Numbered from the stretch's first letter, positions 20,770 to 30,362 are shown. The stretch is 64,000 bases of DNA from Thermosynechococcus sp. (GCF_046299635.1 NZ_JBKBHV010000011.1:3082-67081); one strand, 5' to 3'. A program made the numbers and translations. Notes: generated by a model from the letters alone, not told the origin.

Positions 20770-22869
20770 TTGGTTGAGGCTTCACCAATGCCCATTATCC
20801 CTTCTTGGCTCGCCGTTGAAGACCTAGACAAACCGTGGCTCTTTTGGCCGTTGTGCTGGATGGTGATTCTCAGCAGTATTGTGTTGCGCTGGGGAAAGGT
20901 GCAGCAGCTGTGGGCGCGGGTCATTGTGGTGGGCAGTTTAATGGCCTTGATGCTGCATTACCTGCTGTGGCGATCGCTGGCCACCCTCAATCTGCGCACC
21001 CCCCTAGAGGCTGCCGTTAGCCTCCTCCTACTCGGCATTGAAGGGTTGATGATGGCTGGGTATGGCCTGCAACTCTATCTGCTCTTGTACATCAAAAACC
21101 GTCGTCCGGAAGCCGATGCCGCTGCCCTTGCGGTCAAAAGTGGCCACTATCAGCCTTGGGTAGATATTTTCATTCCCACCTACAACGAACCCCTGACGAT
21201 TTTGCGACGCACGATTTTCGGCTGCCAAGCCCTTGACTATCCCCACAAGCGGATTTATGTTCTGGACGATACTCGTCGCCCTGCCCTCCGAGAGTTGGCC
21301 TTGGAATTAGGCTGTGAGTACCTCAGCCGTCCTGACAATCGCCATGCGAAGGCGGGCAACCTCAACCACGCCCTTGGCCATACGACGGGAGAGCTGATTG
21401 CCGTCTTTGATGCCGATTTTGTTCCTACGCGCAACTTTCTCACCCGCACGGTGGGCTTTTTTCAAAGGCCTGAAATTGGCCTTGTGCAAACCTACCAGAG
21501 CTTTTACAACCCCGATCCCATTGCCCGCAACCTCGGCCTAGAGGATTACTTGCCGCCAGAGGTGGAGATTTTCTCCCGCCATTACCAAGTGTTGCGGGAC
21601 AGTATTGAAACAGCTCTCTGCTACGGCAGTGCCTTTGTCGTGCGGCGATCGGCCCTGGAGGCCATTGGCGGCTTTGTCACCGCATCCCTCAGTGAGGATT
21701 ACTATACAGGCATTCAATTGGCCGCAGCGGGCTATCGGCTCATTTACCTCAACGAAAGTCTCAGTGCCGGCCTGTGTGCCGAGGAAATGGCGGCGCATAT
21801 TCGTCAGCGTCAACGCTGGGCACGGGGTACCCTCCAAGGGTTCTTCATTCCGGCCAATCCCCTGCGGGTGCCGAATCTCACTTGGCTGCAGCGCCTTGCC
21901 CACCTCGAGGGGATCATGCAGTGGTTCCACAGTCCCCTGCGGTTGCTGTTGCTGCTGTTGCCCCTGATGGCCGCCTTTTGGGGGGTGGTGCCCCTGGAAA
22001 CCACCCTGCGGCAGTGGCTCTACTACTTTGTGCCCTACTACTGGCTGCTGTTGAGTACGTTCCGCTGGCTCAACGGCCAAAGTCGCTCTGCCTTGGTCTC
22101 CGATCTCTATGCGGTGATTCAATGTGTACCGTTGACCCTGACGGTGATAGACACGCTGTTGCGTCCCTTTGGTCGGCCTTTTTGGGTCACCCCGAAGGGG
22201 AGTTGTTGCGATCGCTACCATTTGCAGTGGCGCCTCGCGGCACCGCTCCTTGTTTTGTTTGGACTCTCGGTGGCTGCTGCCCTCTTGAATTGGCAGGCCT
22301 TGCAGGCCAAAGGCCTCCTGCTGGCTTGGGTCTGGAACCTCTACAATCTCGTGATTCTTGCCCTTGCCCTCTACAGTCTCATTGAGCGCCCCCGCCCTGA
22401 TCCCTACGACTGGCTCCGGGTGCAGCAAACCGTTGAACTCCATCTGGCTTGGGATCAAGCCACTGCCCTCTGGGGCACGACGATGCGCCTGTCTGAAGGC
22501 GGTGCGGTGATTCATCTGCATCAACCCCTCCCCCCCTCGGCCATGGGGGTGCCCCTCACCTGTCGGCTTTTGGAGGCAGGCATTGACCTCAGCGGCCAAA
22601 TTGTGGCGATGCCCAATCCAACGACCCTAAAAATTTATTTCGATCCCCTGAGCACCCCTCAATACCGCCAATTGGTCGCCTTACTGTTTTGTCAACCCAA
22701 CCGCTGGCAATGGCAAAAAGCTCCCAATGAATGGCAAACTCTATGGCTGCTCCTGCGCACTCTTGTCTTACCTCCTTTGATTCGTGAGCGGAGGCGGTCG
22801 CGTCCCCTGCCCAAGCAACAGTCCGGCATTGAGCCGACGGCTATTCCAAGCAATTCCAACAAAAAATGA
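20770..22869 (+). CDS. Cellulose synthase-like family-2 glycosyltransferase with C-terminal PilZ domain
   Basis: 699-aa ORF. Processive GT2 motifs VLDDT, FDADF, SEDY and QRQRWARG (QxxRW) are present. Multiple TM helices are followed by a C-terminal PilZ-like segment ending RLSEGGAVI. ATG at 20788 is an alternative start. Confidence 0.85.
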   Translation: MVEASPMPIIPSWLAVEDLDKPWLFWPLCWMVILSSIVLRWGKVQQLWARVIVVGSLMALMLHYLLWRSLATLNLRTPLEAAVSLLLLGIEGLMMAGYGLQLYLLLYIKNRRPEADAAALAVKSGHYQPWVDIFIPTYNEPLTILRRTIFGCQALDYPHKRIYVLDDTRRPALRELALELGCEYLSRPDNRHAKAGNLNHALGHTTGELIAVFDADFVPTRNFLTRTVGFFQRPEIGLVQTYQSFYNPDPIARNLGLEDYLPPEVEIFSRHYQVLRDSIETALCYGSAFVVRRSALEAIGGFVTASLSEDYYTGIQLAAAGYRLIYLNESLSAGLCAEEMAAHIRQRQRWARGTLQGFFIPANPLRVPNLTWLQRLAHLEGIMQWFHSPLRLLLLLLPLMAAFWGVVPLETTLRQWLYYFVPYYWLLLSTFRWLNGQSRSALVSDLYAVIQCVPLTLTVIDTLLRPFGRPFWVTPKGSCCDRYHLQWRLAAPLLVLFGLSVAAALLNWQALQAKGLLLAWVWNLYNLVILALALYSLIERPRPDPYDWLRVQQTVELHLAWDQATALWGTTMRLSEGGAVIHLHQPLPPSAMGVPLTCRLLEAGIDLSGQIVAMPNPTTLKIYFDPLSTPQYRQLVALLFCQPNRWQWQKAPNEWQTLWLLLRTLVLPPLIRERRRSRPLPKQQSGIEPTAIPSNSNKK

Positions 22870-22940
22870 GGTCGTACAATAGCCCAATCAAGATTCCAAT
22901 AGGATTAAATAGTTATGGCGATGAACGGCAAGCGTGGTAA

Positions 22941-23345
22941 TTGGGCAAGGCAATGAGCATTCCTGCTTCCCAACTTCCCCCCCTCACAGAAGCTACCTTG
23001 TGGCAAATTCTCAACGATGAATTGGAGGATGCAACGGTCAATCAGCTCCTGTGGCACTGCCTGGGGTATCGCTACGATCCCCATACGCAAACTTGGCAGA
23101 GCGATCGCGTGCCCCCAGAATGGCGCCAAGACTATCCCGAACCGCCGGACTTTATGGGCAGCCGCCCCGCCATTGTCAAGCTCACCCGCTCCATTCCGCC
23201 GGCCCACAAACAACTCCTCAAGGAACAGTTGGGCTTTCCCGGCTATGAAATCAAGGAACTGACACCGCGCCGTACCCGCCGTGCCACTGCGGTCAATTGG
23301 CTCCTCAGCTATAGGGCCACTCAAGCCGAGGCCGGGGCAAAGTAA
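22941..23345 (+). CDS. Conserved hypothetical protein (resembles DUF1823)
   Basis: 134-aa ORF. The block VNQLLWHCLGYRYD...YPEPPDFMGSRPAIVKLTRSIP is remembered from a cyanobacterial/plastid DUF family. Confidence 0.5.
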   Translation: MGKAMSIPASQLPPLTEATLWQILNDELEDATVNQLLWHCLGYRYDPHTQTWQSDRVPPEWRQDYPEPPDFMGSRPAIVKLTRSIPPAHKQLLKEQLGFPGYEIKELTPRRTRRATAVNWLLSYRATQAEAGAK

Positions 23346-24631
23346 CCTTCGGCCATCTCGATCGCCACTTGGCGGATGGCTTGATAGACCGTGGCCAATT
23401 CCGCATCGGTAATACAGTAGGGGGGCAAAATATACAGCGTATTCCCCAGCGGCCGCAGGAGAACGCCCAATTCCACAAAGCGGCGGCGCAGTTGCGGCAC
23501 CAGGGCACTAAAGTAGGAAGCTTCAGTTTCCAATTCCATGGCCGCGATCGTGCCACAGGTACGAAACTGCTTGAGATTGCTGACATCGGCCAGATACTGG
23601 TGGTAACACTGCCAATGGCGTGCCTCTAGACCTTGGTAGGAGTCAGGCTGGGCAAGCAGCAATTGAAACGAAGCCACACTGACGGCACAGGCCAAGGGAT
23701 TCCCAGTGTAGGAGTGACTATGGTAAAAGGCGCGCGTTGGGTCGTCATCATAGAAGGCTTGGTAAATTTCTTCGGTTGCCAAGGTCACGGCAATGGGCAA
23801 GCAGCCGCCCGATAAACCCTTCGACAGACACAGCAGATCCGGCTGCGTGCCGGCTTTCTCACAGGCAAAGAGGGCACCGGTGCGGCCAAACCCCGTCATC
23901 ACCTCGTCATAGACCACTAACACTCCATAGGCCTTGGCAATCTCGGCAATGGCTTGCAAAAACGCAGGACGACACATGCGCATTCCCCCTGCGCCTTGGA
24001 CCAGGGGTTCAATAAACAGGGCTGCATAGGCCTCAGGGTCTGCCTTCAGGGTGTCTTCCAGTTGCGCGATCGCCTGTGCCTCCTTGGTCTCCACCTCTGG
24101 ATCTCCCGGGTAGGTTGCCGGGTAGGGCAGGATTGTCAAGGGGGGAAGCAGCGGTTGAAAAGGCTGCCACCAAGGGGAACTTTGGCCGACCGCCATTGCC
24201 CCAAGGGTATCGCCATGGTACCCCCCTGCAAAGCCGATGAAGCGCGATCGCCGGGGTTGATCTCGCCGCTGCCAATACTGGTAGGCCATCTTCAGCGCCA
24301 CTTCCACGGCTGTGGAGCCATTGTCGGAAAAAAAGACCCGCTGTAACCCCGCCGGGGTGTGGGCGCACAAGAGGTGAGCCAGCTGCTCTGCCGGTTCATG
24401 GGTAAACCCTGCAAAAATGACGTGCTCAAGGGTTTGCGCCTGCTCGTAGAGCGCCTGAGCCAGCCTAGGATGGCTATGCCCATGGAGTGTCACCCACCAA
24501 CTGGAAATGGCATCAATGATCTGTCGGCCATCACTGAGTTCAAGGCAAGCCCCTTGGGCACGCACCACCTTCAGGGGCGGATCCGCCGTTTTCATTTGGG
24601 TAAAGGGCTGCCAAATGGGGGAGTTAGTCAT
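23321..24631 (-). CDS. bioA: Adenosylmethionine-8-amino-7-oxononanoate aminotransferase
   Basis: 436-aa ORF. The start reads IWQPFTQMK. It has the class-III aminotransferase layout, with the PLP lysine context in LCLSKGLSGG. Confidence 0.88.
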   Translation of the reverse strand: MTNSPIWQPFTQMKTADPPLKVVRAQGACLELSDGRQIIDAISSWWVTLHGHSHPRLAQALYEQAQTLEHVIFAGFTHEPAEQLAHLLCAHTPAGLQRVFFSDNGSTAVEVALKMAYQYWQRRDQPRRSRFIGFAGGYHGDTLGAMAVGQSSPWWQPFQPLLPPLTILPYPATYPGDPEVETKEAQAIAQLEDTLKADPEAYAALFIEPLVQGAGGMRMCRPAFLQAIAEIAKAYGVLVVYDEVMTGFGRTGALFACEKAGTQPDLLCLSKGLSGGCLPIAVTLATEEIYQAFYDDDPTRAFYHSHSYTGNPLACAVSVASFQLLLAQPDSYQGLEARHWQCYHQYLADVSNLKQFRTCGTIAAMELETEASYFSALVPQLRRRFVELGVLLRPLGNTLYILPPYCITDAELATVYQAIRQVAIEMAEGYFAPASA

Positions 24632-24887
24632 GGGGGCTATCGGCCTCTAGGCGAGCAGCAAGGGTAGCGAAAATCTCCTCGGGAATTGAACAGCGGAGCG
24701 ATCGCGCCAGTCGTTTTTTTTGTTTGGCCACCTTGAGACATTCGGCCGTGCGACACAAATAGGCTGATCGCCCCATCCCCTGATCCAACTGCACCTTGTG
24801 ATCCGGCCAGCAGCGCACAACGCGCCAGAATTCGGAGCGATCGGCCAAGCGGCCACAGGCTACGCAGCGGCGTTGGGGAACGGCCAT
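24624..24887 (-). CDS. ylxR: YlxR/RnpM family (DUF448) RNA-binding protein
   Basis: 87-aa ORF. RRCVACGRLADRSEFWRVV matches the family, and it sits immediately downstream of nusA. Confidence 0.85.
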   Translation of the reverse strand: MAVPQRRCVACGRLADRSEFWRVVRCWPDHKVQLDQGMGRSAYLCRTAECLKVAKQKKRLARSLRCSIPEEIFATLAARLEADSPHD

Positions 24888-24892
24888 CTTTC

Positions 24893-26080
24893 CTAACCGG
24901 CAAGCTGTTCTTCGAGAGCGGCCATGGCCAAGCGATCCTCCTCTTCGTAGTTGTATTGGGAGCTATCGCGTACCTCGATTTTCCAGCCGGTAAGGCGGGT
25001 GGCCAAGCGCACATTTTGGCCTTCCTTGCCAATGGCTTGAGAAACTTTATCGGGAGCCACGAGGACATGGGCAATACGGGCTTCGGGGTTAATGAGCCGC
25101 ACCTCCTCCACCGGCGCCGGACTGAGGGAATTGGCAATATAGGTGGCAGGATCCGGCGACCAGCGGATCACATCAATTTTTTCCCCCCGCAGTTCATTGA
25201 CCACCGCCTGAATGCGGGATCCCCGTGCCCCAATACAGGCACCCACAGGATCGACATCCCGCTCTAAGGTATCCACGGCAATTTTAGTGCGCGGGCCGAC
25301 TTTATGGGTTGGGGGATTGGCTTCGCGGGCAATGGCGACAATCCGCACCACTTCATCCTCAATTTCGGGCACTTCGTTGGCAAAAAGATAGACCACCAAG
25401 CCGGCATCGGCGCGGGAAACCTCCAATTGGGGCCCCCGTTGCAGGCCTTCTTTAACACGCTTGAGATACACCTTGAATGTGGAGTTGGCGCGGTAGTTGT
25501 CGTTGGGGAGTTGTTCCCGTTTTGGCAGTTCGGCCTCCACTTCCGGCTGGCTAGCGTCACTGCGCACGGCCATAATCACCGATCGCCGCTCAAAGCGGAG
25601 CACCCGCCCCATGAGTACGGTGCCCTCGAGATCTTTGAATTCCTCTTGAACCAAGCGACGCTGCTGATCTCGCAATTTTTGCGCTAGGACTTGCTTGGTT
25701 TGCATGGCGGCCATGCGGCCAAATTCCTGATGATCTGGCGTGACATCCAAGAGCACCGTATCGCCGACACGGGCATCCTGCACCACCTCAATCACATCGG
25801 CAAGGGCAATCTCGCGATCCGGGTTCTGCACCGTTTCCGTAATTGTTTTGGTGGCCAACACGCGGAAGCCCTCCTGCTCGGTGTCTAGTTCCACTTCAAA
25901 ATTGGCAAAGTGATCCTCTTCAAAGTGACTATGATCCGGGCGCAGACTACGGCGATAGCGTTCGTATCCCTTGAGTAGTGCTTCTTTGAGGGCTTGATGC
26001 ACTGCGTGCTTGGGCAAGTTCCGCTCTTGGCTAATTTCGTTAATCATGGCCCGGAGGCCGGGTAAGCGATAGAGAGTCAT
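24893..26080 (-). CDS. nusA: Transcription termination/antitermination factor NusA
   Basis: 395-aa ORF. N-terminal LPGLRAMINEISQERNLP, an S1 domain, and two KH domains (GACIGARGSRIQ, GKEGQNVRLA). Confidence 0.95.
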   Translation of the reverse strand: MTLYRLPGLRAMINEISQERNLPKHAVHQALKEALLKGYERYRRSLRPDHSHFEEDHFANFEVELDTEQEGFRVLATKTITETVQNPDREIALADVIEVVQDARVGDTVLLDVTPDHQEFGRMAAMQTKQVLAQKLRDQQRRLVQEEFKDLEGTVLMGRVLRFERRSVIMAVRSDASQPEVEAELPKREQLPNDNYRANSTFKVYLKRVKEGLQRGPQLEVSRADAGLVVYLFANEVPEIEDEVVRIVAIAREANPPTHKVGPRTKIAVDTLERDVDPVGACIGARGSRIQAVVNELRGEKIDVIRWSPDPATYIANSLSPAPVEEVRLINPEARIAHVLVAPDKVSQAIGKEGQNVRLATRLTGWKIEVRDSSQYNYEEEDRLAMAALEEQLAG

Positions 26081-26122
26081 CGTCCGTTATAACCTCAATT
26101 CACTGGATGAAATTAATTTGGG

Positions 26123-26596
26123 CTAAGGTTCACCACCGGGGGTGTACAGTTGAACACTGGCAATAAGGGAGCGGGGAATGGCCAGCGATCGCCCCCGTTG
26201 ATTGAGATAGACATTCACCTCGTCACGGCGAATCAGGTTGCCCTCCCAAAGGGTTTTGCCCCGATGGGGTGCAGTAGTCATGACCCGCACCGGAAACCCG
26301 CGAAAGGCATCAAAGTCGCGATCGCTACTCAAGTAATCCGACAGACCCGGACTCGATACCTCCAGAACGTAGGCAAACTCCAACTCTGGCAGCCCATCCA
26401 AAGCCATCTCCAATGCCCGACTCAAGCGTTCACAATCCTCTAAGCTGGTGTCATGCTCAGGATGACGCACCTCCACTCGCAAAATCGGGGGCGATTGATG
26501 GGTCAGCCACTGCACACTCACCAGATCAAGGTGTTCTTGGTCGGCAACCTGCTGAGCAAGGGTTTGCACCACCGGCAAAAGCATCTGTATCTGCAT
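26123..26596 (-). CDS. rimP: Ribosome maturation factor RimP
   Basis: Position upstream of nusA, with the VEVSSPGL-type motif (LEVSSPGLSDYL). Start is uncertain: the track ORF extends to 26635, and I prefer M at 26596. Confidence 0.82.
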   Translation of the reverse strand: MQIQMLLPVVQTLAQQVADQEHLDLVSVQWLTHQSPPILRVEVRHPEHDTSLEDCERLSRALEMALDGLPELEFAYVLEVSSPGLSDYLSSDRDFDAFRGFPVRVMTTAPHRGKTLWEGNLIRRDEVNVYLNQRGRSLAIPRSLIASVQLYTPGGEP

Positions 26597-26790
26597 AGGA
26601 AATAAAAAAGGCGGGACATTGCCCACCACACCCAAACAATCTCAACAAATGACAACTCCCCTTCCCTACGGGAAAGAGAATTCTGAACCGTTCACAGTAG
26701 AACGTTCATGGGTGCTGCCAATACACCACTGTTCGTAGCATTTAGTATAGCAGTTAACAGTGGACGATCGCCACCTCGTCCAATACGCCC

Positions 26791-27090
26791 CTAGCGATCG
26801 CTAAAATCGCCATTTGTTAGCTCATCACCGTCGTAGTCCTGTTCCTCTAGCTCCACATCCTCCAAGACCGGGTTCAGGAGCACTGCCATCTCAGCCTCAT
26901 GGTGGGTGAGCCACTGGCCTGGGGTGCGGAACCAGCGAGGCGGGTTAATGTAGCGAGCATAATACCACGGCGGAGCGGTGGGCTGGCTAATTTCCGCCTG
27001 TACGCGAATTTTCTCACCCGGATAGTAGGCATCTTCGGGTTCCACTTCCAACCACACTTTTTGGCCGATGATTTCTTGGGGGAGCATCAT
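26791..27090 (-). CDS. Hypothetical protein
   Basis: 99-aa ORF with an acidic C-terminus and a good RBS-like AGGAG upstream. No recognisable domain. Confidence 0.45.
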   Translation of the reverse strand: MMLPQEIIGQKVWLEVEPEDAYYPGEKIRVQAEISQPTAPPWYYARYINPPRWFRTPGQWLTHHEAEMAVLLNPVLEDVELEEQDYDGDELTNGDFSDR

Positions 27091-27117
27091 AATGGCACTT
27101 CCTCGAGGAACCTCTCC

Positions 27118-27159
27118 TACAGCTCTTTACGGCGTACTATCCTGATGAAAAGAGCTGTA
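27118..27159 (-). terminator. Perfect 11-bp stem / 20-nt loop hairpin between arsJ and the 99-aa ORF
   Basis: TACAGCTCTTT (27118-27128) pairs perfectly with AAAGAGCTGTA (27149-27159). It lies 45 nt after the arsJ stop. There is no clear U-tract, so it may be a processing or stability element rather than an intrinsic terminator. Confidence 0.35.
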
Positions 27160-27203
27160 CCTTAATTTTAACCGGTGGTAGCCGATCTGCGGAAATGTTG
27201 CAC

Positions 27204-28457
27204 TTATTCACCATCCCCCGCAGCAAAGGAGGGGTAAGGCTGCTGCCGTTTCGGATCCTCTAGCTTCAGGGAAATAATTCCCGCGCAGAGAACGAAAACC
27301 ATTGAAACCCACAGACAGCCGACAATGCCCCAAATTTGATAGATAAGGCCAGAGAGTACCGTTCCCGCCAGTCGCCCGCCGGAATTGGCCATGTAATAAA
27401 AGCCAACATTTAAGGCCACTTTTTCATCATCAGTGTAGGCTAGCACCAAGTAGGAGTGTACTGCCGAATTCATGGCAAAAATCAAACCAAACAGGAGCAA
27501 ACCGCCAATGATGACGGCGTTGGGATTCCAAGCACTCATCAATCCCAAGGCAATCACCGCCGGCACCAGCGTCAGCGTGAACGTCCAAAATTGGATAGTG
27601 GCGGCTTGGGGAGGGCGACCGCGATTGAGATATTTCAACAGAAGCGGTGCCGAGGACTGTACCGCCCCGTAGCCGATGACCCACAGGGCAAGAAAGCCCC
27701 CCACTTCATAAAAAGACCAGTTGAGGACACTTTGCAGATAGACGGGCAAGCCCACCACAAACCAGACATCCCGCGCCCCAAAGAGGAAAAAGCGGGCCGC
27801 AGAAAGGATATTGATCTCCTTGCTCTTGGAAAAGAGTTGGCGAAACTTGATTTTCTTTTTGATCTGCCCCATCCCCCGTGGCAGCAAGAAACCAGTAAAC
27901 ATGATCAGCAGAAGGGCGATCGCCATAATCCACAGGGACGCGACAAAGCCTGCCAATGTCAATAGCACACTTCCCACAAAGAAGCCTGCCCCTTTAAGGG
28001 CATTTTTAGACCCCGTTAGAATGGCCACCCACTTAAAGAGCCGCGACTCTGCCTCCTGGGGCACCACCAGGCGAATGGCGCTCTTAGAACTCATTTTGGT
28101 GAGATCCTTGGCCACCCCCGACATTGCCTGTGCTGTCATGACATAGGGCACCGCAAACCACAAGGGCCAGTCCTGCGTCAGGGGCGTAAGCATGATCAGC
28201 GAGATTACCTGTAAACCAATGCCCGCGTAGAGGGTGACGTTCAGTCCCACCCGAGCACCAATCCAGCTGCCAAGGAAGTTGGTGATAATACCAAAAACTT
28301 CATAAAAGAGAAATAGGAAGGCAATTTGCAGCGGTGTGTAGCCAATCTGGTTGAAGTAGAGCAGGACGAGCATCCGCAGGGCGCCATCGGTAATCGTGAA
28401 CCCCCAGTAGGCGAGGGTAACGATCATATAGCTGCGGACAGCGGTGGACACAGCCAT
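27204..28457 (-). CDS. arsJ: MFS transporter, ArsJ-type organoarsenical efflux permease
   Basis: 417-aa 12-TM ORF. N-terminus AYWGFTITDGALRMLVLLYFNQIGYTPLQIAFLFLFYE matches my memory of the ArsJ family. It lies immediately downstream of a GAPDH gene on the same strand. Confidence 0.72.
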   Translation of the reverse strand: MAVSTAVRSYMIVTLAYWGFTITDGALRMLVLLYFNQIGYTPLQIAFLFLFYEVFGIITNFLGSWIGARVGLNVTLYAGIGLQVISLIMLTPLTQDWPLWFAVPYVMTAQAMSGVAKDLTKMSSKSAIRLVVPQEAESRLFKWVAILTGSKNALKGAGFFVGSVLLTLAGFVASLWIMAIALLLIMFTGFLLPRGMGQIKKKIKFRQLFSKSKEINILSAARFFLFGARDVWFVVGLPVYLQSVLNWSFYEVGGFLALWVIGYGAVQSSAPLLLKYLNRGRPPQAATIQFWTFTLTLVPAVIALGLMSAWNPNAVIIGGLLLFGLIFAMNSAVHSYLVLAYTDDEKVALNVGFYYMANSGGRLAGTVLSGLIYQIWGIVGCLWVSMVFVLCAGIISLKLEDPKRQQPYPSFAAGDGE

Positions 28458-28467
28458 AGCAGACTCC

Positions 28468-29478
28468 CTAGGGCAAAGTCATGGCGACGCGGCGAGCTAA
28501 TTCGGCTAGGCGGTTACTGTAGCCCCATTCGTTGTCATACCACGCGAGAATTTTCACCTGCGTTTCATCCACAACCATGGTGGAGGGGGCATCCACAATG
28601 GCAGAACGGGGGTCGTTGCAGTAGTCAATAGACACAAGGGGGCGCTCCTCATAGCCGAGAATGCCCTTGAGTGCTCCGGTTGCGGCGGCCTTGAGGGCTG
28701 CATTTACTTCCGCCACACTCGTGGGACGGCTGACTTCAAAAACACAGTCGGTGAGCGAGGCATTCAACAGGGGCACCCGTACCGCCACGCCGTTGAGTTT
28801 GCCTTGGAGTTCCGGATAAATCAGCCCAATCGCCGTTGCCGAGCCGGTCGTTGTCGGCACAAGAGACAGGAGACTAGAGCGGGCACGGCGCAAGTCCTTG
28901 TGGGGGGCATCAACGACGGTTTGCGTATTCGTGACATTGTGGATCGTTGTAATCAAACCATGGCGAATGCCAAAGGTTTCGTGAATCACCTTAACAACGG
29001 GGGCAAGGCAGTTTGTTGTGCAGGAGGCGGCGGTGAGCAAGTGGTGTGCTTGGGGATTGTAGAGGTGGTCGTTGACGCCCATAACGATGTTGAGGGCCTG
29101 TTCTTTGACGGGGGCAGCAACAATCACTTTTTTCACCCCGGCGGTAAAATAGGCCGCCAGTTGCTCGGCGGTTCGGAATTGACCAGAGCATTCCAAAACA
29201 ATCTCGACGCCACGTTCTTGCCAAGGTACCTCCGCCGGGGTTTTCGCTGCCGAAAAGCTGATGATCTGATCGTTGATGGCGATCGCCCCCGCCTTGGCTT
29301 GGATAGCCTGTGGCCAACGGCCATGAACTGAATCAAACTCCAGCAAATGGGCAGCCGCAGGTGTGCCTCCCTTAATCTCGTTGATGTGGCGAAAATCCAG
29401 TTCAGGCCAACCCCATGCAGCCCGCAACACCAAGCGACCAATGCGGCCAAAGCCATTAATGCCGATGCCAACCCCCAT
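28468..29478 (-). CDS. gap: Glyceraldehyde-3-phosphate dehydrogenase (ArsJ-associated type)
   Basis: 336-aa ORF. Contains INGFGRIGR, the active site [10 protein letters not shown], and C-terminal [12 protein letters not shown] 10-nt gap separates it from arsJ. Confidence 0.9.
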   Translation of the reverse strand: MGVGIGINGFGRIGRLVLRAAWGWPELDFRHINEIKGGTPAAAHLLEFDSVHGRWPQAIQAKAGAIAINDQIISFSAAKTPAEVPWQERGVEIVLECSGQFRTAEQLAAYFTAGVKKVIVAAPVKEQALNIVMGVNDHLYNPQAHHLLTAASCTTNCLAPVVKVIHETFGIRHGLITTIHNVTNTQTVVDAPHKDLRRARSSLLSLVPTTTGSATAIGLIYPELQGKLNGVAVRVPLLNASLTDCVFEVSRPTSVAEVNAALKAAATGALKGILGYEERPLVSIDYCNDPRSAIVDAPSTMVVDETQVKILAWYDNEWGYSNRLAELARRVAMTLP

Positions 29479-29621
29479 CGTTGCGGCTCCAGCGGGACAT
29501 CCTTACGCTATTTGAACTCATCTTGAATTGTCAATCGCCAAAAAGGCTTTATCAAGAGAATTTTGTTCGACCCCAAGGCAAAATAACCCTGCGCTGACTC
29601 TCCCCCCATGACCCCCAAGAC

Positions 29622-30362
29622 TCAGGTGGCATTGTCCAGATGAGCGAGCACCTCAAGGGCAGCCCGGCGAACCATGGCATCGGTTTCCTGGGCCAGCAGG
29701 AGATATAGAGCTTCCTGCACTTGGCGGCGATCGCCCCCCTGCGAGACGCGAGCGAGTTGGCGAATGGCCACCAGCCGATGCAGGGGTTGAGGATGGGTGA
29801 GGTCGGCAAACCACCGCGAGAGCTGTTGGCTCTGCTGTTGCTGGTGCAGTTGTTCAATCATTGTCCCCAGAAGCAGGATGACCCCCACCAGCAGCAGGCC
29901 AAGGAGGACAAGGGCTACCACCAACCACGGATCCGCTGTGTGTTGACCGATATGCAGGAGGGTATAGGTGCCCAAGCAGGCCAGCAGCCCCGCCCCCACC
30001 GTCAATGCAAAAGGGTGGTGTAACCAGCGATGAACCTCTTGGCGCAGGTCTTGCCATAGCGTTAAAAGCCGGCGTTGGCGGCGACTGAGGTAAAAAATCG
30101 TCCCTACGCCACTGACGGTTGCCGCCAGCAGCGAGCCATCGGTGTGCCATAACAGGAGACCGGCGCCTAGCCCGGCAATCACCCGCAAGAAACGCTCCGA
30201 CAGCAGATTAAGAACAAACGATTTCCAGTGTCGTTGTCGCGATCGCGTAGCGTGCCCCGTGGGCAATCGCCGTTGGTGCAGGGGAGCTGATCGCCGTTGA
30301 GATCGGAGCAATGACCATGTCGCCCAAGAGCTAACCATAGGGTTGGGTGTACTGCAAATCAT
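29622..30362 (-). CDS. Membrane protein with C-terminal HEAT-like repeat
   Basis: 246-aa ORF with about 4 TM segments. The tail AIRQLARVSQGGDRRQVQEALYLLLAQETDAMVRRAALEVLAHL is similar to PBS-lyase HEAT repeats. Confidence 0.5.
   Translation of the reverse strand: MICSTPNPMVSSWATWSLLRSQRRSAPLHQRRLPTGHATRSRQRHWKSFVLNLLSERFLRVIAGLGAGLLLWHTDGSLLAATVSGVGTIFYLSRRQRRLLTLWQDLRQEVHRWLHHPFALTVGAGLLACLGTYTLLHIGQHTADPWLVVALVLLGLLLVGVILLLGTMIEQLHQQQQSQQLSRWFADLTHPQPLHRLVAIRQLARVSQGGDRRQVQEALYLLLAQETDAMVRRAALEVLAHLDNAT

Noticed and set aside
21538-22599. 353-aa ORF antisense to the cellulose synthase gene. Similar long shadow ORFs occur at 12664..13287, 54554..55201, 61006..61635, 28804..29331, 43522..44100 and 59342..59836.
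   Set aside because: Each lies entirely inside, and opposite to, a gene with unmistakable motifs. Their translations are low-complexity (Pro/Gly/Arg/Gln-rich) with no domain features. These are typical GC-rich antisense artefacts.
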